Positions 59,186 to 64,000 of a stretch of DNA of 64,000 nt are shown here, one piece after another (the stretch's first letter is position 1; each line of letters opens with the position of its first letter). Source of the DNA: Nitrospirota bacterium (GTDB lineage Bacteria; Nitrospirota; Thermodesulfovibrionia; Thermodesulfovibrionales; JdFR-86); the NCBI GenBank assembly GCA_963721805.1, contig CAVRJY010000001.1:640001-704000 (forward strand). The letters run 5' to 3'. The notes beneath the pieces are model-generated. The model made no database searches, was not told where the DNA came from, and worked only from the letters and a program-made list of their open reading frames with translations. Position numbers and translations under genes: made by a program.

Positions 59186-60724
59186 TTAGTTGCTATCCAG
59201 GAAGTCCTTGAGCCAGCGACTTCTTGAGGGATGTTTTAATTTCTTGAGCGCCTTCACCTCGATCTGCCTGATGCGCTCCCGCGTAACCTCAAACTCCTGC
59301 CCTATCTCCTCCAGCGTCAGCGGCGAGTCGTCGCCAATCCCGAACCGGCGGCGCAGGACCATCGCCTCTTTGTCGTTAAGCGAGTTCAATAGCTTCTGGA
59401 CCTTGTTGCAGAGGTCCTCGTTGATCGCCTCCTGAAGGGGCGAGGCGTGCGACTTGTCCTCGATGAAATCCCCGAGGCTGCTGTCCTCGTCCTCGCCTAC
59501 GGGCGTCTCGAGCGATATGGGCTCCCGCGTGATCTTCTGGATGCCCTTGACCTTCTCCACTGGCAGGTGCAGGCGGGCCGCGATCTGCTCGGGCGTGGGC
59601 TCCGCGCCGAGCTCCTGGAATATCTCGCGCGAGATGCGTATGATGCGGTTTATCGTCTCGACCATGTGCACCGGGATGCGGATCGTGCGCGACTGGTCCG
59701 CCAGCGCGCGCGTGATGGACTGCCTGATCCACCAGGTGGCGTAGGTCGAAAACTTATACCCGCGCGCGTACTCGAACTTCTCGACCGCGCGCATCAGCCC
59801 GATGTTGCCCTCCTGTATGAGGTCCGACAGGCTCAGGCCCTTGCCCATGTGGCGCTTGGCTATGCTGATGACGAGCCGCAGGTTGGCCTCGATCAGCTCG
59901 CGCTTGGCGTCCTGCAGGTTGAACTCCTCGGTCTCGATCGCGCCGAGGGCGTCCCTCAGCTCCGATGGGGCGAGGTCCAGCGATGCGCACATCTCACCCA
60001 GAAGGCGGCGGCACTCGATGTACCGGGCCGCGGCCGCGCGAGTCTCGGCCGACTTGATCCCGGCCGGTACGGACTTGAGCGTACCGGGCTTGATGCGGGC
60101 CGACACGAGCCGCCTGGTCAGGCCCTTGATGTCGGCCTCGGTGTCCAGGGCCGCGATGATCTCTTTCTTGAGGTCCTCGGAGAAGCTCATCACGACCTCT
60201 TCTTTGAGGCTCAGCGCCTTGATGCCCTCAAGGAGCGCGGCCTTGGCCGCATCCACGGACTTGGTCGAAGGGCTTTTGGCGCGCGAGGCGGCGAGCTTCT
60301 TTGCGGCCTTCTGGTAGGCCTCCATGAGCTTGCCTGCGCGGACCGTATCTTTATATAGCTTGCCGCGCTCCTCGGTCATGTCCTCGTCTGAGGTCTCGTC
60401 GACGCCGATGACGACATCGCCGATCGGGGCCTCGCCGCGCTCGACGCGCTCGCCTAATGCGAGGAGCTTCTTGAGCGTCAGCGGGCGCAGGAAGACCACG
60501 CAGGTCAGTTCCTTGCGGCTCTTTTCGATCTTGCGCGCGATCCTGACCTCGCCCTCGCGCGTAAGCAGAGGGCGGTGGGCCATCTCCCTCAGGTAGACCT
60601 TTACCGGCTCGTACTCGCCCTCGTAGGGCAGGGGTACCGCGACCTCTTCCTCCTCGGCAGGGGCCTCGGGGTCTTCGATCGCGTCGGAGTCGTATGTCTC
60701 TTGCGGTTCGTCAAACCTTTTCAT
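59186..60724 (-). CDS. rpoD: RpoD-type sigma factor downstream of dnaG, no recognisable region 1.1
   Basis: [43 protein letters not shown]. Confidence 0.92.
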   Translation of the reverse strand: MKRFDEPQETYDSDAIEDPEAPAEEEEVAVPLPYEGEYEPVKVYLREMAHRPLLTREGEVRIARKIEKSRKELTCVVFLRPLTLKKLLALGERVERGEAPIGDVVIGVDETSDEDMTEERGKLYKDTVRAGKLMEAYQKAAKKLAASRAKSPSTKSVDAAKAALLEGIKALSLKEEVVMSFSEDLKKEIIAALDTEADIKGLTRRLVSARIKPGTLKSVPAGIKSAETRAAAARYIECRRLLGEMCASLDLAPSELRDALGAIETEEFNLQDAKRELIEANLRLVISIAKRHMGKGLSLSDLIQEGNIGLMRAVEKFEYARGYKFSTYATWWIRQSITRALADQSRTIRIPVHMVETINRIIRISREIFQELGAEPTPEQIAARLHLPVEKVKGIQKITREPISLETPVGEDEDSSLGDFIEDKSHASPLQEAINEDLCNKVQKLLNSLNDKEAMVLRRRFGIGDDSPLTLEEIGQEFEVTRERIRQIEVKALKKLKHPSRSRWLKDFLDSN

Positions 60725-62427
60725 TCGCTTACCTTTTCGGTCATGATCTGCTGCCTGCGGCGAAGGAGGCTGTCAAGTGTGGCGTCGTCTCCCGAGGCCG
60801 CTGCATTTTTTATCCCTTCCTCAATCAGCCTTATCTCGGCCATGGTGCGGCGCAGCCTCATCTTATTGAGGCAGTCCTCGACTATTGTAGCAATATCTTC
60901 GCTATCTTCCAAGCCCGAATTTATAAGCAGCCTCGATATGAAGCCCTGGAGCTCCTCCGGCGCGGTCTCCGCCGAGAAGATCCAGCCCCCCGAGAGGCGC
61001 GACATCGCCTCGCGGACCTGGGGGTCGCGGAACTCCTCGACCGAGCACCCGCCTAGTATCCGGCCCAGCAGCTCGGGGTGCGTGAGCGCGGCCGCAAGCA
61101 GCAGGGACTCCTCGTCCGTGAAGCTGCGCCTTTGGGGTGCTGCTGCGGGCCGCTTCGCGGTCTCGTGGTGCGCCGCGGTGCTGCGCCTGAGCTTGCGAAG
61201 CTCCTCGCGTATGCTCTGCTCGCGCGTGCCTGTAAGCTCGGCGAGCTCGCGTATCAGGTCGTCTATCGCCAGGGCGTCCGACACGTGGCCCAGCACGTCT
61301 AAGGCTTCACGCGCGGCCTCGCTGCCCTTATGGGTCGACGTCTCGATCAGGAACCCGACCGGAGAGGATGCGTTATCTATGAGCCCCTTTAAATGTTCGG
61401 CCCCCTGCTTTTTGATAATGCCGTCCGGGTCGTCGCCTCCGGGGAGCATCAGGACCTTGACCTTCAGGCCGCCCTCGAGCGCGAGCCCCATCGAGCGGCG
61501 GGCCGCGGCAATCCCGGCACGGTCGCCGTCAAAGAGCAGCACCAGGGTCTCGGCGAGCCTTCTGAGGCGCTCGACGTGGCCCTGCGTAAGCGCCGTACCG
61601 AGCGGGGCGACGACGTTATTGATCCCGCCCTGATGGCAGGCTATCGCGTCCATGTACCCCTCGACCACTATCGCGGAGTTCGCGCGCCTGATCTCCTCGC
61701 GTGCCATGTTAAGAGCATACAGGGTTTCGCCCTTTTTGAATATAGGGGTCTCGGGGGAATTCAAGTATTTGGGCTCGCCCTCGCCCATCACGCGGCCTCC
61801 GAACGCTACCGGCTCCCCGCGCAGGCCCATGATCGGGAACATAACCCTGTGGCGGAACATGTCGTACGGGCCCTTCGCGCCAGCTACCACGAGGCCGCTC
61901 TGGATGATGATCTGCTCCTTGAATTTCTTGCGGCGGAGGCGGTCCAGAAGACCATGCCAGCCATCGGGCGCATAGCCCAGCGAGAAGGCGGCGACGGTCT
62001 CGTCCGTGAGCGCGCGCCCCGTTATATAAGACATTGCCTCGGTGGATTTGCTCAGGTTTTCGCTAAAGTACGCGAGCGCCTCTTTCTGCATCGCGTAGAC
62101 AGACTCGTTCAGGCCCTGCTCGCCGGGTTTCTGGTAGGCGCGCTTGATCTCGACCCCGGCGCGGCGCGCGAGCATCTCGACCGCTTCGCGGAACTCTATG
62201 CCCTCTTTCTTCATCACGAACGTGATGAGGTCGCCCCCGCTCTGGCAGCCGAAGCAGTGGAACATCTGGCGGTCGGGGCTTACGATGAACGAGGGGGTCT
62301 TCTCGCCGTGGAACGGGCAGAGGCCCTTATACCGGTTGCCGGCCTTCTTGAGGTTGACGTACTCCGATACCACGTCGACGATGTCGAGGCGGCTCTTGAT
62401 CTCTTCGACGGTGGAGTCGTTCTGCAT
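60721..62427 (-). CDS. dnaG: DNA primase
   Basis: [43 protein letters not shown]. Confidence 0.97.
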   Translation of the reverse strand: MQNDSTVEEIKSRLDIVDVVSEYVNLKKAGNRYKGLCPFHGEKTPSFIVSPDRQMFHCFGCQSGGDLITFVMKKEGIEFREAVEMLARRAGVEIKRAYQKPGEQGLNESVYAMQKEALAYFSENLSKSTEAMSYITGRALTDETVAAFSLGYAPDGWHGLLDRLRRKKFKEQIIIQSGLVVAGAKGPYDMFRHRVMFPIMGLRGEPVAFGGRVMGEGEPKYLNSPETPIFKKGETLYALNMAREEIRRANSAIVVEGYMDAIACHQGGINNVVAPLGTALTQGHVERLRRLAETLVLLFDGDRAGIAAARRSMGLALEGGLKVKVLMLPGGDDPDGIIKKQGAEHLKGLIDNASSPVGFLIETSTHKGSEAAREALDVLGHVSDALAIDDLIRELAELTGTREQSIREELRKLRRSTAAHHETAKRPAAAPQRRSFTDEESLLLAAALTHPELLGRILGGCSVEEFRDPQVREAMSRLSGGWIFSAETAPEELQGFISRLLINSGLEDSEDIATIVEDCLNKMRLRRTMAEIRLIEEGIKNAAASGDDATLDSLLRRRQQIMTEKVSE

Positions 62428-62454
62428 GGGATGGAGCCGAGCCCCCCGGGGCGG

Positions 62455-63414
62455 TTAAGTGCGGCTTACGCGTTCGAAGCCGGAGCACTCGATCACCCTG
62501 ATCGGTGCCGTGCGCATGACCTCATCCAGCAGGAGGTTGACGCCGAGGGTGTCGCTCGCGATGTGTCCGGCGATGACGACGTTGAGGTGGTGCTTCTCGG
62601 CCTCTTTGCGGTGCTCCTCGCCGATGTGCATGCCGACTATCGTGTTGATGCCGCCTGAGGCGATGCTTTCAAATATCTTCTCAGGCCCCCCGGTGCCCCC
62701 GGTCATGTCGACGAAGACCTTCCCGGCGGTGCGCTTCTTGGCCCCGGCGAACAGCTTGGGCCCGGTGCCGAACTTCGCGGCGGAGCGGTATTCGGGGATC
62801 GCCTTCAGCAGGTCGAGCAGGTCGCCGATAGTATCGGGCGACTTATCGTCGAAGAGGCGCTGCAGGTATGTCGCGACCATGTTGTCGGCCGGGGTGTGCA
62901 GGCACATAAACGGGATGCCCAGGAGCCGGGCCGCGTCGACCGCGCGAGAGTGGTTGGCGGGCATGAGCTTGCGCTCGACGTCCCTGATCCGCTTTTCCAT
63001 AAGGTCCTCGGCCGCGCTGATCGGGACGCCGAAGCGGCCCATGATCTCCGACTGCATGCCCATGACCTCGTAGAGGTTTGCGTAGGGGCGGCCCTCGGGG
63101 TGGTGGGCTATCATCATGTCGGGCCCGTTACCCCTGAGGCGCAGGGCGTCGGCGAGCATGACCTCCCCGACCTCGATGTCTATGCCCACGAGCGCGGTAG
63201 AGATCTCCTCGTCGCCCGTGCCGAAAAGTATGCGCGAGTCCGCGTAAGGGTTCGTCAGGCTCTCTTGGTCGAACGTCTCGCGTTCGTCCTCCTTGAGCGA
63301 GTCGAAGTCCTTCTTGCGTCTGTCGAGAGCGCGAGCAACGCCGTCCTTGCCTCTGGGGTCGTTTTCGATCCCTGCGGCAATGGCTTTCCTGTAAAGTTCG
63401 CTGAGCCTCATCAT
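62455..63414 (-). CDS. NIF3/NGG1-interacting-factor-like metal-binding protein
   Basis: NPYADSR, HHPEG, HTPADN, GMH, AGHIASD. Confidence 0.8.
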   Translation of the reverse strand: MMRLSELYRKAIAAGIENDPRGKDGVARALDRRKKDFDSLKEDERETFDQESLTNPYADSRILFGTGDEEISTALVGIDIEVGEVMLADALRLRGNGPDMMIAHHPEGRPYANLYEVMGMQSEIMGRFGVPISAAEDLMEKRIRDVERKLMPANHSRAVDAARLLGIPFMCLHTPADNMVATYLQRLFDDKSPDTIGDLLDLLKAIPEYRSAAKFGTGPKLFAGAKKRTAGKVFVDMTGGTGGPEKIFESIASGGINTIVGMHIGEEHRKEAEKHHLNVVIAGHIASDTLGVNLLLDEVMRTAPIRVIECSGFERVSRT

Positions 63415-63499
63415 TGGCGGCCTCCGGGGCGCAAAGGCCCGGTGGATGCTGAGTGGTTATGGCGCAGGAGTGAGGAAACCCTCAGAGGAAAAGGGAGAC

Positions 63500-63691
63500 C
63501 TACGACGAGCGGAATTTCTTTGAGGCCTTTTTCCGCGCCGCGATGGTCTTCTTTTTCTTCTTTATGCTCGGCTTCTCGAAATGTTCCCTTTTCTTGACTT
63601 CCGAGAGAATGCCCTCTTTCTCGCACTGACGTTTGAATTTCTTGAGGGCGCCCTCGAGGGAATCCCCTTCGAGTACTTTAATTACCGGCAT
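63500..63691 (-). CDS. rpsU: 30S ribosomal protein S21
   Basis: [29 protein letters not shown]. Confidence 0.96.
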   Translation of the reverse strand: MPVIKVLEGDSLEGALKKFKRQCEKEGILSEVKKREHFEKPSIKKKKKTIAARKKASKKFRSS

Positions 63692-63796
63692 CCAGTTCTC
63701 ACTCCCCTCCGTAGTTGAAATAATAGAGCATATATAATCATATATCATTAACCTATAAGTCAAGGGGGCGTTTTTAAAAGCGAACACCCGCGCTAA

Positions 63797-64000
63797 TTAC
63801 GTTCTAATCTGTCCGTCCCCCAGTACGATAAACTTCATGCAGGTTAGCTCTTCCAGCCCCATCGGCCCTCTGGCGTGGATCTTGTCCGTGGCTATCCCGA
63901 TCTCGGCCCCCAGGCCGAACTCAAATCCATCACTAAAGCGGGTAGACGCGTTTATCATCACCGCGGCGGAGTCGACCTCGCGGATGAAGCGCATGCCCTT
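63797..64000 (-). CDS. proA: Gamma-glutamyl phosphate reductase, C-terminal part (truncated by window end)
   Basis: [24 protein letters not shown]...HARGPMGL. Confidence 0.93.
   Translation of the reverse strand, partial: KGMRFIREVDSAAVMINASTRFSDGFEFGLGAEIGIATDKIHARGPMGLEELTCMKFIVLGDGQIRT

Overview
GC-rich chromosomal window, most likely from a Nitrospirota (Thermodesulfovibrionia-like) bacterium judging by 16S motifs. The housekeeping backbone is argD-argF-nth, rplM-rpsI-argC-argJ, nrdJ, glnA, mutS, gcvH-lpdA, eno-ftsB, purC, a 16S-23S rRNA operon, rpsU-NIF3-like-dnaG-rpoD and the end of proA. Superimposed on it is a family of 12 intergenic ~123-bp hairpin elements with compensatory base changes. 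Three inverted pairs of these bracket AT-rich accessory cargo (unknown genes, an Abi-like gene, a RelE toxin-antitoxin pair), a fourth pair is empty, and both insertion sequences (IS30, IS481) sit inside these elements or their extended form. Other notable loci: a lipoprotein ending in a Lys-rich tail clustered with attaching- and detaching-type L,D-transpeptidase homologues (possible Braun-lipoprotein analogue system); an AidH-like lactonase with two non-canonical LuxR paralogues; a TusA-like CHCC-tailed protein next to a B12 radical SAM enzyme; two RpoD-type sigma factors; an rRNA operon with no linked 5S or tRNA and a ~245-nt 23S insertion; and many apparently leaderless genes. Four single-base frameshifts at short homopolymers are probably sequencing errors. 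All family assignments come from motif recognition by eye; no searches were run.
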